Assembly: GCA_032718475.1 (NCBI GenBank)
Contig: JAUCBJ010001490.1
Coordinates: forward strand, 1 to 64,000
Length of the DNA: 64,000 nt
From: Nemertoderma westbladi
Lineage: Eukaryota > Animalia > Xenacoelomorpha
Direction: 5' to 3'
The notes beneath the pieces are model-generated. The model saw only the letters and a program-made list of their open reading frames with translations, did not search any database and was not told where the DNA came from. Made by a program: the position numbers and the translations under genes. Of this stretch, positions 14,215 to 26,361 are shown piece after piece; positions within the stretch are counted from its first letter, which is position 1; each line of letters begins with the position of its first letter.

Positions 14215-15129
14215 CCATGTCTTACTAAAGATACGACCATGAAAGCCGCATTCTAGTCTACTTACAGTACTCAATTTAGAAGGCACACGTTCTTAAATTG
14301 ATCTTATATCTTATCTTATCTTATCTTATCTTATATCTTATCTTATATTGATATTTTTTCGCCCGAGTATACCCCAAATCAGGGAGAAAAATGAGTAATT
14401 TTTCCTCTAGGAAAAAAAGTAACCCATAGGATTGCATTGATTTTACTTTTTTTCCCGACGAAAAAAGTTAAAAAAACTATTTTTGGTGGAATGAAGGAAT
14501 GACATGTATTGAAAGAGCATCGAAGTACAGTAGAAAAGGTTTGCAAGTAATTTGGGCAAAATCCATTCACACATTGAAAAGTTATTGCATTGAATATTAT
14601 TGATATTGATATGAACATTGAGTAAGGCAGCATCAGGAGTTGAATAGAACAATACAATAATTTGAATCGCAGTAACAATGGAAGCAATATTTTAATTATA
14701 GTAAAAAAAGTTCAACTTTTTCCCATGTAATAAATAATTACTGTATTTTATTTCTGAACGATTTTACAATAAAACTTTTCTAGAACATTTTTGTATAATT
14801 CATTTCCATGAAGGCCTATCATGTCATGCAATCTCATTAAGATTTGTACACAAGTGTCGGGTTGCTCATTGAATTAAGACACTCTTCCATGAAACGGCGC
14901 ACCATAAGCAGGTACAGACGAAGTGGAACTGGCGGCATTTACCAATAATAATATGAAATTAGCTATTTGCGTACGTTGTTTAAAAATTATTAGACTTGAC
15001 TATGACTATATTGAAATGAATCATTAAAAATTTTGTAAAATCCTTCAAAGATAAAGAAATTATTTTAAAAACGTATGCCTACCAAATTTAGGATACAGCT
15101 TTCATGATCGTATCTTTAGTAGGTCATGG
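14215..15129. mobile_element. Degenerate MITE / non-autonomous TIR element (~0.9 kb)
   Basis: ~40-bp imperfect inverted repeats: CCATGTCTTACTAAAGATACGACCATGAAAGCCGCATTCTA at 14215 versus TAGGATACAGCTTTCATGATCGTATCTTTAGTAGGTCATGG ending at 15129. AT-rich non-coding interior with an (ATCTT)n tract. No clear TSD. Confidence 0.6.
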
Positions 15130-16026
15130 TTGACGAAAATTCCATCTGGAATAAAAATTGTTAATCATGGGAAAGGAGCAGGTTACACTGGCATATTAAT
15201 CTACCCAGGATACAGGTGTTGTTGTATATATATGTTGTAAATTATTCATCAAAATCAATATCAAAATGATCAAAATCAATCTTGATCTAAACACCGATGG
15301 GCCCCACCACAATTTCTCGTGTTGAGGTTACTTTATATACACTGAAGTTGTGTAGAAATGTTATAAAGTAGGCTAATTCTGCTTTAGGGAAATCAATAAA
15401 TTATACATACCTAATATATCAGTTTTTGCAATAAAGTTAAGTTATACTACACGTGCTGCGCGCAGCGCGCCCTTTAGTTCGACTTTATAACAAATCCGAT
15501 TCCGGAATATACAAGGCCAAATTGGGTTCCTGATCGAAAAGAAGTATAACATATTATTTTATTATCACTCACTTGTTTCTTATAAATCAGTATTGGATTG
15601 CATAAATTAATATTCTTATAACATAAAATAACTTGTAGAATAACTAAATAAAAATATGCAGATGAAATTTTCATTAAAATATAATAAAACCAAGAACAAT
15701 AATTTATAACGCACAAATTACATTTACAACAAATCAACGAGAAATACATCAGAATTACAGCAGCTGTTCGAGTTTCTTCATGCAGCTGTAATATATAATT
15801 AAGCAAAAGTAAAGTAAAGTAAAAAAAGCAAAGGAAAATAAAGTATTTATAATATTAATATAAACCAATATTAAGGACCATTATCAGTAACCCCACGTGA
15901 ATCACATTTATGTTGCATAGTACGGAGTAAAATTTAGAATACTAAAATTAATATTGGTGCGGTGCGACCGTGAGGGAGACACATATAAATTACCCTTTCA
16001 TATTTTGCGACAAATTTTGTGGGTAA

Positions 16027-19000
16027 TTATTCACCACCACCCTTCTTATACGGAGTCATGAAGGATGATTTTCTTGCTCCGGTGGTCTGCCTTATGGTAG
16101 CAGGTTTTGTGGATACCATGGTAACAACAGGCCTGACTTGTGGTGCGATAGTAGCACAGACAACAGAGTGACGTTGAAGAGAAGTTGATATTATTCTTGG
16201 TTGAACCATTGTCTTGTTACTGGTACTCGATATCATCAATGGATCTAATGACGTCACCACTATTTTCTGGATCTCGCTCGTTGGGTGCTGCACGCAACCC
16301 GGCAGCGGTAAATTATCTAAAGTTGCTAGAAATGTTTGACACCCTGAAAATACTTTCAGTTTCTCATCGTTTGACGTGGAAGTTGTTTTTCTCGCAAGAA
16401 CTCTACTCGAAACAAGTGATTTGCTAGGTTTTACTACATTTAATGGAATAGAACATAGCGATTGCGTTTTACCACCTATAGGATTTAGTAGAAATGAGCT
16501 AATAGGAGTACCCGAATCCACAAGTTGTTTCTTTTCCAATAGACCTCTGTTGTCAACAGCGACAGGATATTCCCGGCTGTTGGAAAACAACTCGTACATA
16601 TTAGTATTGGCTAATCTCTTGATTAGTTGTGCCAATGCTTCATTCCCAGGTTTAGACTCCGTTGAATATTCGTCTTTAACAAATTTGTAAACTTTTTCGC
16701 CTGGATGGTAGTGTTCGTCGTAGGCACTCATCCAGGTAGTAATATTGCGATTGTAATTATTAGTCGCGGTATATGTAATAGGGATATCCCCATCCGGAAC
16801 ATCGGGAAGAAGATCCGACAAGTTATTACTAGTTAAAGGTGAGGTTGATACAACGGCAACATGTGTCGGTATAGTGGCGGGAGTAAAAGTTTTACATGGA
16901 TTATCTGTATCGTTAGTAGCAGGAGGCGATGGTAAAAACATTGAAGTACCATATATTAATGGAGTAAGTTTCGTGGCAATATAGCCGGATGGAGTTAGTG
17001 TAGTGGTAATAAAGGTTGAAGGAGTAAGTGTGGTTGTAACATAGATGGATGGAGTAAGTGTGGTTGTAACATAGGTGGATGGATTAAGTGAGGTTGTAAC
17101 ATAGGTGGATGGATTAAGTGAGGTTGTAACATAGGTCGATGGAGTAAGTGAGGTTGTAACATAGGTCGATGGAGTAAGTGAGGTTGTAACATAGGTGGAT
17201 GGATTAAGTGTGGTTGTAACATAGGTGGATGGATTAAGTGAGGTTGTAACATTGGTCGATGGAGTAAGTGAGGTTGTAACATTGGTCGATGGAGTAAGTG
17301 TGGTTGTAACATAGGTGGATGGATTAAGTGAGGTTGTAACATTGGTCGATGGAGTAAGTGTGGTTGTAACATAGGTGGATGGATTAAGTGTGGTTGTAAC
17401 ATAGGTGGATGGATTAAGTGAGGTTGTAACATTGGTCGATGGAGTAAGTGAGGTTGTAACATTGGTCGATGGAGTAAGTGTGGTTGTAACATAGGTGGAT
17501 GGATTAAGTGAGGTTGTAACATTGGTCGATGGAGTAAGTGTGGTTGTAACATAGGTGGATGGAGTAAGTGTGGTTGTAACATAGATGGATGGAGTAAGTG
17601 TGGTTGTAACATAGGTGGATGGATTAAGTGAGGTTGTAACATAGGTGGATGGATTAAGTGTGGGTGTAACATAGGTCGATGGAGTAAGTGAGGTTGTAAC
17701 ATAGGTGGATGGATTAAGTGTGGTTGTAACATAGGTCGATGGAGTAAGTGAGGTTGTAACATAGGTGGATGGATTAAGTGTGGTTGTAACATAGGTCGAT
17801 GGAGTAAGTGAGGTTGTAACATAGGTGGATGGATTAAGTGTGGTTGTAACATAGGTGGATGGATTAAGTGAGGTTGTAACATTGGTCGATGGAGTAAGTG
17901 AGGTTGTAACATTGGTCGATGGAGTAAGTGTGGTTGTAACATAGGTGGATGGATTAAGTGAGGTTGTAACATTGGTCGATGGAGTAAGTGTGGTTGTAAC
18001 ATAGGTGGATGGATTAAGTGAGGTTGTAACATACGCCGATGGAGTAAGTGAGGTTGTAACATAGGTAGATGGAGTAAGTGTGGTTGTAACATACGCCGAT
18101 GGAGTAAGTGAGGTTGTAACATTGGTCGATGGAGTAAGTGAGGTTGTAACATAGGTCGATGGAGTAAGTGAGGTTGTAACATAGGTCGATGGAGTAAGTG
18201 AGGTTGTAACATTGGTTGATGGAGTAAGTGTGGTTGTAACATAGGTCGATGGAGTAAGTGAGGTTGTAACATAGGTCGATGGAGTAAGTGAGGTTGTAAC
18301 ATAGGTGGATGGATTAAGTGAGGTTGTAACATTGGTCGATGGAGTAAGTGAGGTTGTAACATAGGTCGATGGAGTAAGTGTGGTTGTAACATAGGTCGAT
18401 GGAGTAAGTGTGGTTGTAACATAGGTCGATGGAGTAAGTGAGGTTGTAACATTGGTTGATGGAGTAAGTGTGGTTGTAACATAGGTCGATGGAGTAAGTG
18501 AGGTTGTAACATTGGTCGATGGAGTAAGTGAGGTTGTAACATTGGTCGATGGAGTAAGTGAGGTTGTAACATTGGTCGATGGAGTAAGTGTGGTTGTAAC
18601 ATAGGTCGATGGAGTAAGTGAGGTTATAACATAGGTCGATGGAGTAAGTGTGGTTGTAACATTGGTCGATGGAGTAAGTGTGGTTGTAACATAGGTAGAT
18701 GGATTAAGTGTGGGTGTAACATTGGTCGATTGAGTAAGTGGATTGGCAAAGTAGGTGGATGGGGCAAGTGGAGTTATTGTTAGTGGAGTAGGAGTAACAA
18801 TGTGAGATGGAGGGGTGCAAGTATTGGTATCTGAATGAGTATTGATGGTGGAAGTTGGAGTTCCAATGGTTAATGATGTTGTAAATGTAGAAGTTTCTAC
18901 ACGATCTCCTAAGATAGGTGTGGATATAGTACATATTTGAGAGGTATTTGAATATGAAGCACAAACGTTTCGGGATGTAGTTCCAGTTGTAGATTCAATA

Positions 19001-19691
19001 ATGACTGGTTTATTTACATAATTGATATGAATGTCATTCAGGTTGACAAATGGAAATGGTTGTACATTACAGACACTATCGGTACAAACGATGCTCGATG
19101 GAGATACATTGATGATACCACCTGTAGGGGAGCTAGTGGGAGACGCAATACTGATATGACCAATAGACGAGGTGCTAGATGGTGATGCATTAACGATTCC
19201 ACATGTAGGCAACACATTGATTATATTACCTGTAGTCGACGTGGCAAATGTTGATGATGTATTGGTGATACCACTGTTATTTAGGGTGGTATACGAACAA
19301 TGTGAAGGTAAAGATTCATTGATACTATTATTAGTTGTATCTGCATGAGATTCAATGGCCTGTGGCTGAAAACCGTATTCTAAATTAAACTTCGATCGAA
19401 TATGCGAATTTAGAACATCACATGTTTTTGGGTAACTAGTCCTACTATATGACTTGAAACTTTCTATAGGTTTATAATATTCCGGAAAGTTGTCCTGCTT
19501 TCCGGATATGTATTGTTCGGTTTCTGTAAAACATTCCTTACTTTTCCAATTATCTTTACCATGGTCATCATAATGCAAGATATGACGGGGAGTAAGTATT
19601 GTGGGCGAACAGAAATTTCTTTCTTTCATTTCATTGTTGCAAGTGGATTGTTCATTATTACTACAAAGATAAAAAGAAGTCGTCTTTAAAT
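16027..19691 (-). CDS. Exon 2 of DUF2439 (ZGRF1-like N-terminus) gene; low-complexity Thr/Ser/Pro-rich
   Basis: Long open frame. Acceptor ...TATATCTCTAG|ATTTAAAG at 19692/19691 is phase-1 compatible with the exon 1 donor. Ends at TAA 16027. Confidence 0.7.
16991..18740 (-). repeat. 30-bp coding tandem repeat (~58 units), peptide (Y/N)VTT(S/T)L(T/N)PST
   Basis: Exact 30-bp register with no indels and no stops in the coding frame. Confidence 0.95.
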
Positions 19692-20174
19692 CTAGAGATA
19701 TATAATTAACCAATATAGAGTTCATACGTATCTCATGCAATTTTAAGAAAACGATAAATCCATTATTATTATAGAATACAATTAAATACAACATCCCGAA
19801 ATTAACAAAACATATAAGATTGTATTTATTTAAGGTAACATTTGGAAAACATTAACCGTGGTTATCGGTGCGGTGGTGGTCCAAATATAATTAAACGAAT
19901 ATCAGAATAGTAATTTCGGTACAGGAAAAAAGTAAACTAAGTAATGTTACAAATCAGGTAGACTTCGCAAATTACAGTGAATTAATTGGAACTGTGCAAT
20001 TTAAAATTCAGACAATGTATCATCCACCATAATTAATAAGGTTACAAATACAGAAAAAGTGTATAACCTATAAAAAAATTAATTTTTTTACTTTTACGAC
20101 AACATGATAATGTTGATAATTTAATTTAATTTATATTGGTTAATTAATGAAAAGCTTTGGAACTTTTCCTTTAC
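19692..20174 (-). other. Predicted GT-AG intron (483 bp, phase 1)
   Basis: Donor TTTG|GTAAAG and acceptor CTCTAG|AT. AT-rich interior. Joins the two long ORFs in frame (G+AT = Asp). Confidence 0.7.
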
Positions 20175-22593
20175 CAAACGAGTCAGCCTCATTACTGCAA
20201 ATATTTGGATTAATCTCCCGTAGTTTTGGTTTCAATAAGGTCCCAGGCTTTCTCATACATGTGTTACTCTCAATTACTATCTTCCCAGACAAATCTTTCA
20301 TGTTGACCTCCAGGTTATCTCGGGGCCGGTTTTGAACCCGGTTAGAATTGTTATGTTCATGATGGAATTTGTTTAAAATGTTATAATTGGGATTTGTGGA
20401 AGATTGAGCTGCAGTCGCAGGACCTTTTTGTGAGGCATTGACAAATTGGCTAAACTTCACACTTGCCGAACTTTCACCCGTTCTGTAGTTAAAGTTTTGC
20501 TCAGATTGAAACGCATCTGTTGGCAGAGCTATTGGCCTTGGGCATGATAGCTTTGTTTCGAAAGGAATAGGTATATTAAGGTGATGAGAGGTTCTCTTCT
20601 GGGAAGTGGTTGTACCAGAATATGGTACATGTTTCTTTGCTCCCATATTCCTATGTGATGCACTATCAAGAAATGAGCTATCGATTCCATGTAGAAGCCC
20701 TTTAATCTCTCCGACTGTAAACGGTTGGAAACGACAAACTCCATCGTTTTCAACCATAACAGAATTGCTACTATTATGAGATTTATTACTACTATTAGAC
20801 TTATTAAATAAATCTTCCCACATGCTTAGTAACTCAGATCTGTGTGATTCATCTAGCTTACTTCCTTCTGTATCAGAAACCAATACAGCCAGTCTGTTAC
20901 TATCACAATTAACGTCATCGCTAGCATTGTTAGTACTCTTATCTGTATTGGAATTGGAAGTTCCTTCTAGCAAAACGTCAACATCCTTTTCAGTTTCGTA
21001 ATATATATTTTCCGCTGGTGGATAAAAATCCAATTTCACAGAATCAGTCATTGTATCCGGAATATCAGAAATGTTAAAATCTTTATTATTATTATGACTA
21101 TCTAAACCAAATACGGTATTCCAGACTTCATCCTCTAAATTTACCAACTTACAATCATTAACAATATGGCTACTCACCACTTTTTGCAGAGGTTTGTCAC
21201 TGTGGGAAATTTCTGGGACCTGGAGGATCGCGCCACTTGAAACAGCCTTATGTTGTGAATCAATTGTATTTATGGTATTGCTTTTTTCTTTCTTTGTGAG
21301 AGAGAACTGATTTTCATTTAAGAAAGGCACATAAGAATCGAATGTTGAAGCATCATCTTCATTTAAAATAGGTGAGAGATTTGGAACAGCCTGCATGTCT
21401 GAAAAATGGTCAAATTTACTATCAGTATTGGCAACCGTATTATTGCTGTGAGGAATATTTGATACCTCAAAGTCTTGAGAATGAAACACATCTTCACCAG
21501 AGCACTGGATGTTAACAGCATTATTAGAATTAATAGAACTCTCAACTTGCGATTGTGAAAACATGTCAGATAGTTCTTCCAAGTCAACAAATTTGTCGAG
21601 GGTTTGTGTTGCTAACTGTGTCATTGGCGCTGGTGTTGGTCCATTATCGGAAATATTATTTGAAATTGGATCGGGTTTAAGAGTTTCAAGAAAGGTATCT
21701 TGAATTATATCCATGTTTAGTGGCAGCTTGCTTACTAAATTATTGACAATATCAGTAACAAATTCAAAAAGTGCATTATTATTCTTACAAACACGATTGG
21801 ATTGAAATTTTTTAGTGTTGAGTAATAGGGATGATATTGACACTCTAGATGCCGATGTTACACCCAGTCGTGTATCAGAAAGATTATTATCAGGAGTTTT
21901 ATGAATAAACGGTTTATTATTGAATTTAAAAAGTTGGTTCAGAGGTTTAGCAGAGAAATCCTCATCCTCAGTCATAATCTCTGCTCTGGGTTTTAATAGA
22001 GAAATAGGCGTGCTAAATAACTTGCTTGGCTTATCATCTGTTGGAACTCTGACACAGTTTGAATAAATCATATTTCTGTTCGAATATTGTGTGGTAGAGT
22101 TAATTAATGATGTTTTGCCATCAGATACATTTGATAAGGGAATGTGAGTGGGAATGTATTTGTAAAAGTCAATTGTCTTGTTGACTGAGGTCTTTCCCAA
22201 TTTAATATTGGAATTTGAAGAATTAAGTGACGCATCTGGGTTTATATCTAAAGTCTCTGGAGTAGATATTGGTTGCTGGAGTTTGTGATTTCTGTTAATA
22301 AAAGGATTACGCTCAAGCCCAAAAAGTGTAACATCATGTGATAGTGCCATTTTACAGGATGGTACAGTTGGATCCGGGCAAATCAAATCTTCAATTGTAA
22401 TTATATAATAACTTGACTCTAACTCTTCACCAGGTGACACCTCACTAAGTTTTACATATACAGTCTCCAATCTCCTTTTACTGCAATCATATAGGCCAGC
22501 GTTATTTCCATCAGAATGAAAAATAAGAAATCCATCTTTCCAGGTCTTATATTTTTTATGCTTCTGATTAGTATACAACACTTGGAATTCCAT
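20175..22593 (-). CDS. Exon 1 of ZGRF1/Mte1-like gene (DUF2439 domain followed by a disordered region)
   Basis: MEFQVLYTNQKHKKYKTWKDGFL...LETVYVKLSEVSPGEELESSYYIITIED closely resembles the ZGRF1 N-terminal DUF2439 (LYTHQK..K.K.WQDG.L...V.PGDDLES..YLITVEE). ATG at 22593. Confidence 0.85.
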
Positions 22594-24119
22594 GTTAATA
22601 TTAAACAATCAAATAAACAACAGTAGGCCTATACTGGAACATCGCAGTGTACACGCATGCATGCATATGGATGGAGAGCCCATAAATTATGACAATGTAT
22701 TAAGCCTACAGTATTACGCCATTTCCAAAAATATTTACAATATTACATGTATCGGTTATCGTTCATATGCGTACCTGTGGCAAAAGGAGCAGGTTACAGT
22801 GGCGGTGTTTTCTAACCAAAACAATAAACAAAACTAGATTTTTTAAATAACGGAAATGAGCAGGTTACAGTGGCGGGCTTTTCTTACCAAACAATAAACG
22901 ATAACTCAATAACATACAGTAGGTTACCGTACAGTTTTATTATTGCAATACGGGTACGGATACGGATGGATACAGGTACGGATATTAACTACCCTACAGT
23001 ATAACTCATGAATCAAAACAAATAGGCCTATATTTGGAATCCTTGCAACGCCAGTTTTCTAATGACATTAAAAATCACGACTAATGTGAAGAATAACCAC
23101 GATACGAAGAGTTCGATTCCGCAATAGACCACAAATAAAAAATTCTGACTCCAAGTGGACATCGACGGTGAGCTGCACTACTGGAGTTATCTGTCAAATT
23201 TGTATGTCATTATGACAAAGATTATTAAAAACAAATATGGGAAGTCCGTTCCATCAGAAAATGACACCGAATCATGGGTAATTGCGTATAACAATTTCCA
23301 AATATTATAATTGTTGACCATGTCTTACGCGATATCCTGTAGCCTAGTGATATAAAGGCCTAGGCCTACAGTACTTCAGTACTTGTTACATGTACAGTAC
23401 CGGTACAGTAGTTAGAATTTTGTCCGGTTTGGAGAGGTCAGATCAAATAAATAACACACTACAATACATAATTAACATTATGTTGTAATTTTGGCCGAAA
23501 CGGCCGCCTCATAGGGTAACCATACACAGCTGCATGCAAGTATGTAAAATGTACAACACGTCTAGTACAGCATACAGTAGTAATATGCAAGGCATATAAT
23601 AGGCCCAATAGGGCCTACTGTGTGTAGCCAGTACCCTCCTGCCCTCTGCAATCAGCACTTATAAATTAGCATTTTTATAGAAATGTTGATGATCACCAAG
23701 TAACACACTTCCAGTAATTATTCAGATAGGTTACCGGTACTCTTACCTACAGGAAACAAATACTTTCAGTATAATTGTACCAGTAGTACAGGCATGGCGT
23801 TCTATCAAAGTTCTATATTCCTAGCAAACACAGCAAACATAATAATAATAATGCATTTGCATAGCGCCAAATTAAGAATACGAAAAGTACGCCACATCGC
23901 TTACGTCAGACACAAACGTAAAGTACACGTGTCCTCCGCTTTACCAACTGTTCCGTACTGACTCATCTTAGGTGTTACCGTTTTAATGATTTATTTACTC
24001 ACCCGACGCCGATAACGATCCACCAGTTACTCAACCACTTCCAACCGAGGCTGACTCAGATATTGGTCTTAACGCCCACCCAGATGTCCCAAAATTATTC
24101 CAACTCAAACATTTTGTAT

Positions 24120-25035
24120 TAAGCACACGGCTGTTCTTTGCATTTCGGAATCCTGGTTAGATAATACTACTGTATTTGTGACGGGGAGATACCTGTACAC
24201 TTAGATAATTATGTAGTTATTCGTAAAGATGGGAATAGAGATAGAGGTGGATTTTGTATATTTGTCCGGTCCGACCTGACTTTCACAGGCAGGGACGACT
24301 TGGAAACTACGGAAGAAGAAATTATATTTATAGATAACTTCTCACAAAAACAAAACCAATTTTAATAGGTTCAGTTTATAGGCCACCAAAATCTAAAGAG
24401 TTCTTACAAAATTTGGGGGAAAATATTTTAACTAAGTTACGAACAGACTTTGAAATTAATATCTTAGGCGATTTTAACATTTTTGCTGTTTTCAGAAAGC
24501 ACATGGCCTATTTAAGTCTTATTTGGTATTCTAAATGTGGAGAATCGATTTAAATCTTATCTGGTATTCTAAATCCGTGCACAATAAACATGCACAAAAT
24601 CAATCAGAATTTATCGCCGAAATACCTCCAAAATAAAGTTTCAAAAATTAGCGAATCTCATAGCTATAATACCCGCAGTAGCTTACTACAGTACACAACT
24701 TTCACGTCCCAAATTGTAAATCTTATGAAACCGATACATTCTTTTTCACTGCAATTAAGGATTGGAATTCGTTGCCAGATGAGATTAAACAAATTCAACA
24801 TTTAAGCGGCTACAAATCGGCAGTAAAATAAAATCTAAGAGAGCGCTGCAAACTACCTTTACTATTACTATTAGTATTTTATGTACCGTTGTGATTTGTT
24901 TTTAGTGCTGTAGAGTACTGTATAGCGTAACGTAGGCCTACAGTAAGATACACAATGTATGGCCTACCGGTAACTATTTTAAAGGAACCACTTGGAAAAA
25001 AGCGACAACGCTTTAGAGGTTAATCCTATACAATA
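24120..25035 (+). mobile_element. Degenerate, internally deleted CR1/L2-type LINE relic
   Basis: APE endonuclease fragments LCISESWLD, RKDGNRDRGGFCIFVRSDL, ILIGSVYRPPK and ILGDFNI, followed directly by ORF2 C-terminal motifs HSYNTRSS and AIKDWNSLPDEIK. Frameshifted; no RT domain. Confidence 0.75.
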
Positions 25036-25669
25036 CAGTATGTTACAGTGTGTATTTACATACCGGTAATGTTTACTATAATTACTCTAGGCGTATAGCC
25101 AGCCAGTACGTAGGCCTATAGCATAAAAGTTACAACCGTCACAAACAATAGACCTTACCATAAAGTTAGTACAAATACCATAACAATTAGCCTTTTTTAT
25201 CGCCACAACAATAAAAACGTTCAGTACAAATGGCATAAAAATTACAGAAACAATAAAACACGTATAGTAAGCAAAGCAGGCCTTCAAAAACAGTAGTTAG
25301 ACCTTTTCGTTTACAGCGCTATTTTAAGAATATATTATTAAATGCTAAAATTTGGTTAGCATTTAAAATATAAAAATATATTTCGCGAATTTTCATTAAT
25401 TAATCAATTCAAAATCAATTCCAAACAAATCAATTTGTTAATTAGTGCCAAAGTAGGGCATACAGTAACCTGGTGCAAAGTTCTAACTTTGCGCGCCTGT
25501 CATTTAAAACGACGAAAGTTTATTATCTTAAGATTCGGGAAGTGAGTAAAGGTGATAACTGATTATAAATAAAGAGTAATTGATATTTGAATTTGTTTAC
25601 ACCTTTTTCGTTTTTCCTTTTTCCAACCGAACAAATGAGAAAAACTACTGTACTACTGTACAGACCTAA

Positions 25670-26361
25670 TCTATATATATAAATATCCTCTGTCTGTCTG
25701 TGAGTCTGTGAGTCTGTGAGTCTGTCCAAGCTATACACTCCGACACACGAGCACCAATCTGAGCGAATGATACATCGATCGAAAGCTCTCGTCCCGAGCA
25801 CGTAAACTATCGCTATCTCGAGGCTTATTTTACGCGTATGCTTGCGTGAATGCGTATTTTGTATTCGCTGCAACATGTTGTGTGATAAAATCTCACAGTG
25901 ATTCGAATATTCCTTTTGGCAGTACAGGCCTGGCAAAGCTGAGAGTTAGTTAGCAAGGCAGCTAGCTACTTGCAGACCAATCATAGGTGGCCTGCAGCAG
26001 GCTGGGTTGGTTAAGTAGTAATCTCAATAAATAGGACCCAGCAGGAGAGCGGAGTGGAACTACTGTGATTGGTTCTTGACTTACATTGGTAAGAACAAGC
26101 AGTAAATCTTAGATTAGCTTTTTATCAGTTCACATATTGTTTATAATCATAAACACAAAATGATTCAATTATTCATTTTTGCAATGTACCGGATGGGTGC
26201 TAGCGAGGTAGGCCTAGCAGGTCGTCAGTCCGTCATCCTACAAGTTGGATCTTGACTCTATCATGTGCGTGCACCTATATAATGCAGACCATCCTCAGCC
26301 CGTGAACATGAATTGTAAAGGCTATCTCGAGGCTGATTTTTTACACATTTACTTGATAGTA
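25670..26361 (+). mobile_element. 5' part of a related Helitron-like element
   Basis: A|TCTATATATATAAATATC followed by a (TCTG/TGAG) microsatellite, the same 5' terminus as the Helitrons at 26362 and 29662. No matching 3' hairpin-CTAG identified. Confidence 0.5.

Noticed and set aside
16995-18602. 535-aa MLQPHLLHRP ORF
   Set aside because: Alternate frame of the 30-bp repeat. Only the Thr-rich frame stays open into unique flanking sequence.
22786-22900. Short direct repeat GAGCAGGTTACAGTGGCGG (similar copy near 15175)
   Set aside because: Too short and degenerate to classify; probably a fragment of a dispersed repeat.
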